A stretch of 64,000 nucleotides of DNA, taken from the NCBI GenBank assembly GCA_051294375.1, contig CM119265.1:1790280-1854279 (forward strand), given 5' to 3'. Below the pieces are notes generated by a model. That model did not search any database, was not told where the DNA came from, and saw only the letters and a program-made list of their open reading frames with translations. Of the stretch, positions 38,938 through 49,416 are shown one piece after another. The translations under genes were made by a program, and so were the position numbers. The DNA is from Paraspadella gotoi. Its lineage: Eukaryota; Animalia; Chaetognatha. Position 1 is the stretch's first letter, and the number at the start of each line of letters is the position of its first letter.

Positions 38938-41900
38938 TCAGTTCGTTTCTTTGTGATACTTGAAATCTCCGATGACAGTTTTGAATTCCGGTTGATTGAT
39001 TACCGTTTTAAACCAACGGTAGACGTTAACGAACTCAGTTTGGAGAGAAGAGAATGGCAACGCGTGCTCAAACGGAAGCAGGAGGTTGCACGACATCGTT
39101 ATATCGGCGAGAGATATTCGTTGTCCGACCTGAACACCATTTTTTAAAATTATTTAATTAAAATTAAAAAAATTAATTAAAATTTAAAAAAAATAATTAA
39201 ATTAAAATTAATTAAAATTAAAAAATTAAAATTGAAAAAAATATCACAATGTTAAATTAAAATAATAAGTTTCTTTTTAACTAATTAAGCCTTACCACAA
39301 AAGTTTGCTTGAGCAAATAAGCATCCAACACGTTCAAGGTCTTTTTGAATTTTTGCGAGGCTCTCGACATTTCTCCCTCGTTTCTGAATCATCACAATCG
39401 ACATTAAAATTCAATTTTCACACAAACGCTACTCAATGAATATAAAACTATTCACTTGGGCATGATTCCTAAAATGGGAAAAACCCATCCACAGGCCGGC
39501 GGAAGGATTTCGTTCTCGGCAAACTCCATCCACTGTTGAATCTCTGCCCGTTGCTCTTTCGTCCGCCCGCGCAATTTTTCATCGGCGAGGTAGATGGCGA
39601 TCGCGTTCGATTCAAAAAGGCGGCGAGATCCGTCGGCCGTCTCAAAAGCGGGGACTTTGCCAGTCGGAAATTTGGCGAGAAATTCCGCGGTAGTGTTTGT
39701 TTCGCCCATGACGAATCCGGGTGGAGATGAGATGACGGTCACCTCCGCACCTTTGGATGGTTATGAGATAATGTTTCGTAAATTATTATTCAGCCAATGA
39801 TATGGGATGAACATAAAAAAATAACTGTTAATACTACCAGAGTATTGCGCAGCAATGAGGCCCTTATAAGATCTGAAGCTGTTGGGATAAGTGTAGAGAT
39901 TTCCTTTGATTGGCGTTTCTTCTTCAGAAGCCGTCGGAGTTGAAACTGGAGATGAGGATTGGATCTCAGTCCCGCGCAATCTCTTCACTTCCTCGATCAG
40001 TTGAAGGCGGGGAACCTCTCTCTCTTTTCTCGAAGAAATCTCGCGAAATTTTACAACGCCCTGTACGTAGATGAGAAATAAAATTGGCGAATTATATTCG
40101 TTTATCACAAGGAAAATATGATTAACGTATCTCATGATTACCGCATCCAGCTCCGTTTGTCCGATTATAATGGCGTTCGGGATTCCGGACGCCTCACAAT
40201 ATTGTAACTGATCCAACAGCTTGGGATTTTTCTTGTATGACTGTTCCGCTTTGATACCTAAATAAATGCTAAGTTCGATGCTGGCGTCGTAACATATTAC
40301 AAAAAGCGAGAGATTTCTGTCAAAGTCATCCACTCTATGATCCTGATTGATTATCAGACTCGAGTGATTGACAACCTCTACCAATCTCACCGGCGTCCCA
40401 CAAGGAGGCGATGATCCTCATCCTCTCCTCATGAAGCTTCTTGTGAGCCGAGGCGACGTAGACTTCAGTTTCCGTCGTCCTCGTCTTCGCTTTTCTCTTT
40501 TCCAAAATCGAAAATATTCGCTCGATCCCGATGGAGATTCCGACGCAGGGAACCTGAAAAAAATTATAAGGATATCGAATAATTAATAATTAAATTTTAG
40601 AATTACTATTTACTAATAATATGGATAAGGATATCCGTATCTTCTGTGCCCCCTCACCAGCAATGGAGCGGGTCATGGGCTTATAATTAGGCTTCGGGGT
40701 TCTCTAGGGCACCAAAGCGGTTTACGGCCATTCTCACGGTTCCCGCAGGGTAGATACCATTGGGGATAGATCGTATCTCATGGTCATGAGCTGATGGTAT
40801 TGCTCAACGAGCCACTGGGTCACGCCTGAAGGTATCACCGCCTCTCCTCCAGCTTCATACAACCAATCCCATTGGCTTAGAGGGGAAACACTCTCTCTCT
40901 CTCACCTTCTTCCCCTGCGCGTGGAACATTCCCACCAAATCGTCGTATCTCCCTCCGCCGGCGACGGAGCCCAACGAGGCCGTCTCTCCCTCCTCGGTGA
41001 GTTCGGAGGCGGCGGCGGCGGATTGGATCAAGACGGCCTCGTAGATGACGCCCGTGTAGTAGTCGAGGCCGCGGGCGAGTGAGAGATCGAAGGAGACTCG
41101 ACCGGTGACTCCGTAGAGTTCGCAGTACTTCCGATCGAGATTGGAAAGATGATAGGAAAAGGGTGGAGAAAATGCAGAATTTCACATCATTTCACTTCTC
41201 TTTTTTACAAGAGCTTAATAAATAAAAACCAGGCTAAATTTTACTTTCGCCGACCGAGGTTTTGGCGTCTTTTTAAAAACTACTTGAAAATATTTATTTT
41301 TAGAAAACCACCTTTAACCCACCCCCCGAACTCCGATCGGCGAAAGTAAATTTAACCCCATAAAACCCCATTAGGCTCTTTGACTCACTTGCAACAGCAA
41401 CGCCATCTCCTCTATCGCTTTTTGTGCGTCTTTGTTTTTCGCCAACCTCTGATCGGATTTCAGTTTTTCAACCAGCTCAACTCCTCCGTTGAGTTTCACG
41501 TATTCGCCCAGCAAATCAGCCACGGCCGGCTTCAACCCTGAAAAAGGATAAAAGGATAAAAGAAACTAATAAAAGACAAGACAAATAAACTAATAAACTA
41601 ATAAAACACAAACCCCGTCACTTTCTTTACCTTTCTCCTCGACCATTTCCTGCCTGACTTCGGCCCAGGGCGACTTGTCCAACTTGTCTACCGACGAGCA
41701 AATGGGACGGAAGTCTTTCTTTGGCACGCCGCAGACTTCGAAGAGGCCGTCGAGCAATTTCCGGTGGTTCACCTTCACCACGAACGGACCCAATTCCAAG
41801 CCTGGATAAAAATTAATCAAAATAAATCAATAATAAAACATATTATCACTTAATTGAGAGAAGTCAGAAGAAGTCAGGTTCTTGAACCAATTTCATGACA

Positions 41901-43902
41901 GAACTGCTCTCAATCAAGACTCACTCACTCTCACACTTTTTAAGGCCCGCATCACCCTCACAGGATAATGACATAGCAGGTCTCTGACTTTCAAAAAGTT
42001 CAGTCTCATCTCAGAGTACCCGGCTATGTTATCTTGTAAGAGGGACGAAACCCACTATAGCCTGTTCAATGTCAGAAGGCAAGAAAGCTAATTTATTAAA
42101 TAAATGAATAATTTCCACATCGACCGTAGTGGAATCAATTTGATGTGGAATCGGAACCTGAAAGTATTTCGTCGACGATCTTGACGCATTCCACGTCGGG
42201 AATCATGACGTCGAACTGACCCGCGATGTCAAAGTCGCACTGATAGAATTCGCGGTATCGACCCAACGTCATTCGAGGTTTGTCTCGTCGGTAAACCTGA
42301 CACCAGAATCAAAAAAATGCATCTTTTAATTGTCTCAAATTATTTTTTTATTATTTATTCAAATTAAAAGAAACTCACTTTGGAAATTTGGTATCGCTTA
42401 ATGTTGTTGATCTTGTTCATCGCAACGTATCTCGCGAAGGGAACGGTGAGATCGTACCTGCCGAGAGGGAAGGGAAGGGAAGGGAAGGGAAAAAAAAAGC
42501 ACCTTTACAAAATGGAAATAAGAATGTATGGCAACGGGGGGACAAGTGTGATGACCGGGGTGTGAGGCATCTCCCGACAGCTGGCACTCAGGGCTTTGGA
42601 CCTTCAGTGACCCACCCCATGTCACTGGCGTGTTTATGCTGACACCATCACACTTTAACCAGCATGACTGTGAGGGGATTGAACTCGGAACTCACGGTTG
42701 GTGAAAGAGTATTTAGCTGTCCAAGCCAAAGGGACGAGCTGAGTTTCACCAAGCTATACGGGAGGCGAATTTAGGATTCGCCACAAATGACGAGAGTTAA
42801 TGTCCAACATGTCTGTCTGTCTGTGTCTGTGTCTCTCTCTCTCATCTCATCTTCTCTCTCATTCACTTGTCTCCCCCCCTCTACCTGAGACTAAGCAACT
42901 CTCCCCCCTGGTCCTGCAGGTCGTAGATGAGCTTAGAGTCTTCTCCGTATTTCCCGGTCAGCGTCTCTTTGAGCTCAAAGACGGGCGTATCGATCGTCTC
43001 GGCCCCGTGACGCTTGAAGGTCTCAACGATGATCTTCATCGCATTCTCGCGGATCACCATCTGTCGAGGGTCGTAGTCGCGGGTGCCTGAAGGAAGTGGA
43101 GAGGGGAGTTCGATCGGCTGAGTGGTAGGAAAACTTCGTCTGGTTCAGCGGTTGTATTTAATACCCCGCAACCCGTCCGACAGTCAGCAGCACCTATGGC
43201 GCCGGAGATAGCACGAGCTTTCAACCCTAGGGGCTCGGGTTCGCGCCCTGCTGATTAGTAAAAGCGGGACGAGGCGTCTAAGCCACCTGTAGTGACGGAC
43301 TACAGCCCGATCCGAAGTTAGGGACCTTGTGTGTAACGGACGGTGAACCGCTCGCGGCATCGTCTTCCACAACTTTTTCATCGGTACAGATGAAATCTGT
43401 TGATCTGTAAATCATTATAATATTACATAATCTTGAAAATGATATCTCTTGGCTTGAATGACGATACATAATAAATGAATGCTGTGGTCAACCATGTCGA
43501 TTGTCCAATGTCCATTCACCAACCCATCCCACCTTTCGGGCACTTGAGAAAGAAAGGAGACGCTTCGCCATCCGGCGCCATCTCCTTTACCGATCCCTCA
43601 TTGGTCGAATTCTCCGCGGCAACTCCCCCATTGGCCAATCGGGCCTTGAGCTCCAAGAGTTTATCCACTTGGGCTTTAATAACTTCTTTGTCGGCCTTTT
43701 GGCTCTTGAGTTTCCGCACGAGGTCACCCTGAGCCTTGATCGCTTCATCCATCGCGTCCGGTAGCAAGTTTACGGCGAGAGAATTGATTCCGAGATAAGG
43801 TTGCCGCGAAAAAAGTCTACAACTGACTGTTCCAAGAGAACAAGATGGAAATTTTCGAGTTTGAACGAGCAACCGGGTGACTGGGATTTTCCAGAATGAC
43901 AT
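38938..43902 (-). CDS. HARS: Histidyl-tRNA synthetase (presequence + WHEP + class II core + anticodon-binding domain) fused to a C-terminal eEF1Bgamma-type GST domain; 13 exons
   Basis: [21 protein letters not shown]; CPKGTRDY; [15 protein letters not shown]; [10 protein letters not shown]; [10 protein letters not shown]; [12 protein letters not shown]; continues without a stop into [46 protein letters not shown]. Confidence 0.93.
40658..40840 (+). mobile_element. Dispersed repeat family B, copy 2 (HARS intron)
   Basis: Similarity to 19805-19990 (reverse) and 47524-47680. Confidence 0.65.
41232..41358. mobile_element. Short MITE-like element (about 127 bp) in a HARS intron
   Basis: GGCTAAATTTTACTTTCGCCGA ... 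TCGGCGAAAGTAAATTTAACC terminal inverted repeats; a second copy of one end lies at 14272. Confidence 0.7.
42526..42786 (-). mobile_element. SINE-like family A, copy 2 (HARS intron)
   Basis: Reverse complement matches 29511-29748, with an extra ~20 bp. Confidence 0.8.
43185..43375 (+). mobile_element. tRNA-derived SINE-like element (third family) in HARS intron 1
   Basis: A-box-like TGGCGCCGGAG and B-box-like GGGTTCGCGCCC around CTTTCAA; no intact cloverleaf; single copy in the window. Confidence 0.45.
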
Positions 43903-44176
43903 TCACGGTGAAAAAGTTTTGGGGAAAAAGGAACATTAATCTGAAAAATAAAACTAATGCTATTGAAAGTAAAGCATTTCCTGTTTAGAACCTGAAACAG
44001 TGGTGGACATCAAAAACGGCAACAATGTCTACTTATAATATTAGGGAAATGGTTTTTAGAAATAACTTTCTAGTTTGAGAGATTAATTTTAAAGATTTCC
44101 GACTGTAGACTTAAGTTCAGTGCCCCATTTATCTATTATTGTTAACGACTTTGTTAATTTAAATTTTCGCACTCAC

Positions 44177-46061
44177 CTGTCGCTCGCTTCCCAATCGAAA
44201 ATAATGATCGGCCAAGGGAATGACGACCTTTAACAACGAAATATGGTCCGCCATAGGGAAATGCACTTTCACCAGCTCATGAGCCTTTTCCAATTCTTCC
44301 GCTCCAACAGTTTTGTCAAGCTCATTCAGGCAAGAACCGTAATTCTTTCTTAGTAAAATAGATTGCGACCAGTCCAATCGATAGCGATCCGTGCCCCCAG
44401 TGGTTGATCTTGTCGGTCCCCCGACTGTCTTAAGCTTGTCCATTATTTCAATCGCTTCCCGGTAATTCTTGAGCGCTAGTTCGTGATTAGACTTTGCAAA
44501 GCAAAAATCTCCGAATCTCTTGAAGGCCTTGGCTGTGACTTCGTGATCACCCAGGATATCCTTGAATTCTTCACAGCAATCTTGAAAACCTTTTCTCGAT
44601 TCAACCTCGTCATCGGGAGCAACGTCGTCAGAAGATTTTTTGCTCCTTTCTCTTATCAAACAAATTCGATATCTCCAATAATCTATGCGGTGGTGCCTTC
44701 GCTCTTCAGGATCTTCAGGGATCCACTGCCCTAACTTTAATATAGCCTGCCTGACGCAGCCAGAGAACGAGCGGCGGCGTAGTAATTGGTAGCTATGACA
44801 GGCGGGGAGCAAGGATGATTCAGCATCAGGTCTTGGTCTCCAGAAGCTAAAGAGTCCAAAAATAGTTTTGCTTTTCTGATGTTTTCTATGTTTTTTCTCG
44901 GGTGTTTTCGTCTCAACACTTCATTGGAATAACACAATAAGAGAACTTTGGTATTACGTATCGCAGCTGTCTCAATTTCATTCCAGCGAGTTTTTTTCTT
45001 TCCCAGCCAATAGTCATCAAAATTAAAATTCCTTGCGTGCAACGAATCTCGTTTTAGAGTGCTGATTGATTAAATCAATGCAGTGTTGTATCTGATTTTC
45101 AATAGGGCAGAATTTAAAAATTTCCATGCAAATTGCTTTGTAAATTTGTTTTATATTTTTCTCATGAAAAAAATTAAACAAAAATCTTCTACACATAATA
45201 AATTTCATCTTTCTTGCAACTTGTTTGGCAAGCTCCGTTTTTCCAATTCCTCGGGGACCGTGAATAAAACTAATTGGACTGCCATTAAGATCATTTATGA
45301 TCTCATCTATTTCCTCCCTCCGATTTTCAACAATCCGCGATTGCACCTCCCTGCATTCACCAATGTTGGTTTCTGCACTTTTTGCCAAAGTGGCAGATTG
45401 TTCCAGATTTTTTGGGGGAATCGCTATATGAACATTATTGTAATTGCCAATCAAAATCGGGGAGATGTTGAGGCCTTCCGCGCCCAACTGGGTTTCTGAT
45501 TCTTCGGCGCTCAATTGATTGGCAAAAGTATCAGCGCCGAATGCAGGGCTAGATGGTAGAGCAGCGGCTTGGTCATCTATCAAAAACACCGAAAGACTCT
45601 GCGCCAAAAGAAGACCCTTCGTCGCGGTCGTCGGCGAAAAGATGAGAGTCGATTTCGTCTCGAGACGATGCGCGGGAAACCTCGCTCACATTCGCCGCCT
45701 GCGATGGCAACAGTTCCTCCTGAAAGGGCAACAGTTCCCCCTGCACTCCCTCCACCCTCGCTCCCTCCCCTCCACCCGCCAAAAACTCTTCCGCCCTCAT
45801 CGTCAAGTGAAGATCGTCGGGATCGAGTCTGGCTTCGGCGAGATTTCGGTTCCTCCTCGGCTCCAGAGTCGATCGTCCAGGTTGGCTTTCGACGAGCTCG
45901 TCCGCGAGGATCTCGTCCGTGGGTCTCCCTACTTCAGTCCGTTTCTTTGCCTCGTTATAAAGACGAGCAGACGCTTCTTTGATTTCCTCACTTTCGCTTC
46001 CATCTTCTTCATCTCCGTCGAGACGAAATAGATTCAGATCGGAAATCGTCTCCTCACACAT
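44177..46061 (-). pseudogene. Decayed STAND-TPR paralog, exon 1 (frameshifts and a ~0.9 kb internal deletion)
   Basis: Four successive ORF pieces align to the 29280-33239 protein (FIHGPRGIGKTELAKQVAR; LGDHEVTAKAFKRFGDF); the Walker B through helical region is missing; ends at an ERQ|GTGAGT donor equivalent to EEQ|GTTAGG. Confidence 0.8.
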
Positions 46062-46811
46062 TTCGTGTCTTTTTCAGAGCGGAGACATGGAGTTACTGAT
46101 TAAATATAAATGTTTAAAAAAAAATCAACGAGGAACGATTAAAACTCATTAGTGTAAAAAGAAAAACAATCTAAGAAGTCTTTAACAATAAAGAGAACAA
46201 TAAACTTTATTTTCCTATTAAATATAAAATGTCCGTCGATGACAACATTGAAAATAAAAAATTAGCTGCTAAATATATATATATATTTCCATAAACCAAA
46301 TTGTTCGAAATTTTTTAACTACTGTGAAAAGATGGGCAAGATTGATTACTATACTGCAATACTGAGGAGGGGGCGTAGGGAGAGGTCAGAGACGAGGTTC
46401 ACACCAGATAAGAACTCAAGACAAGAATCACCACACGAATTCATCGAGAAAACGAAAACCGTCGTCCCCGGCAGAGGGACGTATACGTATACTTGGCTCC
46501 CTAAGCGACCGCCTTCAGAGATATGAACATAAAATAACTACGAAATACATAGTATATTGTACCCCGTTGACCAAATAAAAGGTGACAACTTCGGACGAAG
46601 ATTCGTGAAAAACATCCGTCACGATTAGTCATTTATAAATTTTAATTTAATAAGCTAAGTATTAGAAAAAAATGTCGTTCGATCAAAACTAAACTGGAGG
46701 CACGCGATGCGATGAGATGAGGTCAAAAAATTAAGTCGCCACTGGGTTGTAGGATTTCGTCGCCCGCTGCTGCCCGGCGTCCTCGATCGGCGCCGCAACC
46801 ACCTCTCGTCG

Positions 46812-48417
46812 TCACCAGAGGGCGTTGAGGACTTTCATCGCCAACTCGAAGCCCAAAAAGCAGGCGGCGTTGGCGGGGAAGGCGCGGATGAAGACGGGGG
46901 TGGCGCCGCGGTAGAAGGCGGTCACTCCCTCCGTCGAAATGAGATGACGAAAGACGGAGCGAATGCCTTTTGGGTAAGTTCCTTCCGGCGCCGTTTGAAG
47001 GCGAGACTTGAGTATGTCTGGGGGGGGGAAAGGTAGGGTGTGGTCAGTGGGTTGAAAAATGGGATTGTCAAAAAGATATTTAACAGCGACGTGTTCAGTT
47101 GGAACCTGGAGGCAATGCGACCATCCAGTTAGCGATACCCGCCATTCCGCCGGCGAAAATCGTCGTCAGCGGACTGATGTCGGACCTTTTGCGCGGGAAA
47201 TAAAAAATCGCAGAATAAATCAATTCAGCAGCAGCAGCAGGAAAAAAAAATCAAAAGCAGCAGCAGCATCAACCCGTTTTCCCCACCTCGACTTTCCCTG
47301 AAGCAAATGAGCCATGAGAGCCTCGTAGGTGAGGAAATACATTCCCGAAGCGGGAACGTCGCGTAGCAGCGTAGCGCAGGAGCCGCGGTAGATGGAGCGT
47401 AGCCCGCCCTCTCGGTACAGTTGACGAGCGCAGTCGACGGGGCCGCTGTAAAAAAAGGGAAAGGGGGAATGTAGATGGACGCCAAGTGGGTTCGATCCGC
47501 AACTTCTTTAACCCCTCTATACTAGCAGCAATGGAACTGGACTTAGAACCAGGCATGAGGGTTTTTCAGGCCGGCCGTCCTCAGGCTTCTCGCAGGGTGG
47601 GATCGATCCCGGTACCTAATAGTCATGAGCCGAGTGTATCACTCAATGAGCCACCGGGTCACGACCGAAGGTGTCATGCTTATAGTTATAGGCGAGGTAA
47701 ACTTATAGCAAACTCACCGATATTTAGCCTCCGCGGCGGAAGCGGCCTGAACTTGAAGGAGACACTTGATTCTCTCACCGGGAACCATGATCACCGTCGT
47801 CATGACGCCGGACAACATTCCCGCCTTGAAGAGTTGGGCGCTGCGAAGGGGTGAGGGGGGAAGAAGAAAAGGGTAAGGTAACAGTAAGTTCGCGAATAAA
47901 ACGATCCATTTGAACTCGAACCTCGTCAACTCCTTGTTAGGATCGGGCTCTTGAAGTTTCTTCCCGACGCTAAAGCCGAAAAATCCGAGGGCGAAAAGAG
48001 GAGCCACGCCCACGATCGGCGCCCCCATTCCCTGAAGAGAGAGAAAAGCGAGGCTAGGGTAAGGTCAGAACTTACCTTTCGCTATATAAAACTAATGCGA
48101 GACCTTGTAGAGACCGCGGACGCCCTCCTTAGTGACGGTCTGTTTGGCGCAGTCCCAAGTCCCCGCGTAAAGAGGCGATTGACCCGGAAGCGGAGCCGGC
48201 ATAGTTTGGAGGCGGACCTTGATCGTGTCCAGGGGTTGACCTTTTGTTTGGCAGGGGAAAGAATCGGAGGATGTGCTACTCTTTCTCTCTCTCTCTCTCT
48301 CTCACCTGCGGCCACCAAACAAACGCCGCCGAATCCTCCGGCGATAAAGTTTTTAAGGGGATCGGCGTGTCCGTCCGCCGGCGCCGCCTCCGTCTTGAGA
48401 GGCGCCGTCTCCGCCAT
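46812..48417 (-). CDS. SLC25A20: Mitochondrial carnitine/acylcarnitine carrier (7 exons)
   Basis: [14 protein letters not shown]; [10 protein letters not shown]; [11 protein letters not shown]; [10 protein letters not shown]; [10 protein letters not shown]; [13 protein letters not shown]; [14 protein letters not shown]. Confidence 0.95.
47524..47680 (+). mobile_element. Dispersed repeat family B, copy 3 (SLC25A20 intron)
   Basis: Similarity to copies 1 and 2; contains B-box-like GGGATCGATCCC. Confidence 0.6.
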
Positions 48418-49416
48418 TTTCAGCGGCGATTTATGAAGCGAGTTGCCGTCGATCGTTGAGACGATATACGACCGCGTGATTCGCGCCTCGTTGCGATTTA
48501 TTTCTCGGTTTAAATTCTTTGTTTCCACTTAGACATTTCCTTTTTTTTTTCAAATGTTTTCTTAGGAATTAGAATTGTTTCTCTTTCTTTTTTTCAAGTT
48601 TTTATCACAATGAGACTTTTCTATATCCACTATAACTAGCTAAGTTTCTCTGATCCGTAAAAAAAAATACCAATTACATAAAAAACCCGGTACAGACAAG
48701 AATGGGGGAACAATTTTAAAAAGTCGTATAAAAATATAAAAAAAATTAAAAATATTACAATTTCACGATTGGGAGAACCAAAATGATCTGAGTACATAAA
48801 AATGGTTGTCTCGAGCTCAATGCCCTGATTAAAATTTATTAATAAATAGATCACGAGAACGTTTCTTTATTGTAGGACGGTAAAATTTATATTTAGTTTT
48901 ACTTATAAATTTATTCTAAAATATCTTTAAAATTTAGCGTTGACTAAACTTATATCACAGCGGGATGAACATTTATCTATGAAAGACCGAATGAATTCGC
49001 CTATTAGGTCTTTCGCGCGGTTACAACTTTAAATACGTTAAACTATCTAATGATAAAAACTTTTAAAATGAGCACCATGAGTGTTAAAAAGGTGAGGCTA
49101 ACGGGAAAGGAGAAAAAAAGGTTGAAAGCTTGAAGCGGTAAAGTCGGAAAAAAAGTCAAGACATTGATTCATCGCCAAAACTGATAATAAAAGGAAATCA
49201 TTATGAATGCTGCTGCCTCAAAACTTTCTACCAGATATCACGTAATAATTTTGGTGTGTTTTAAAATGTGTACGTATACATTATAATATATTATTATATT
49301 ATTATATAATATAAGTGAACAGATAACCGAACGGCGAAGGAAGGAAGGAATTCTATCTTCAGGAAGACTTGATTTGTTTTCTTTCGCCGCGTGGCGTCGT
49401 GTGGCGTGGCGTGGCG

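Noticed and set aside
38938-39910. Independent EEF1G gene downstream of HARS
   Set aside because: No initiator Met, no upstream stop or intergenic gap, and no eEF1Bgamma C-terminal domain; it is continuous with the HARS exon.
41940-42055. Hammerhead ribozyme suggested by GGACGAAAC
   Set aside because: No CUGANGA core in the required position on either strand.
43190-43255. Possible tRNA gene (Glu- or Sec-like anticodon region CTTTCAA)
   Set aside because: Acceptor and anticodon stems do not pair; better explained as a SINE head.
43941-44177. In-frame STAND-TPR/HARS fusion via donor 44177 and acceptor 43941
   Set aside because: The joined frame reaches TGA just before the HARS ATG.
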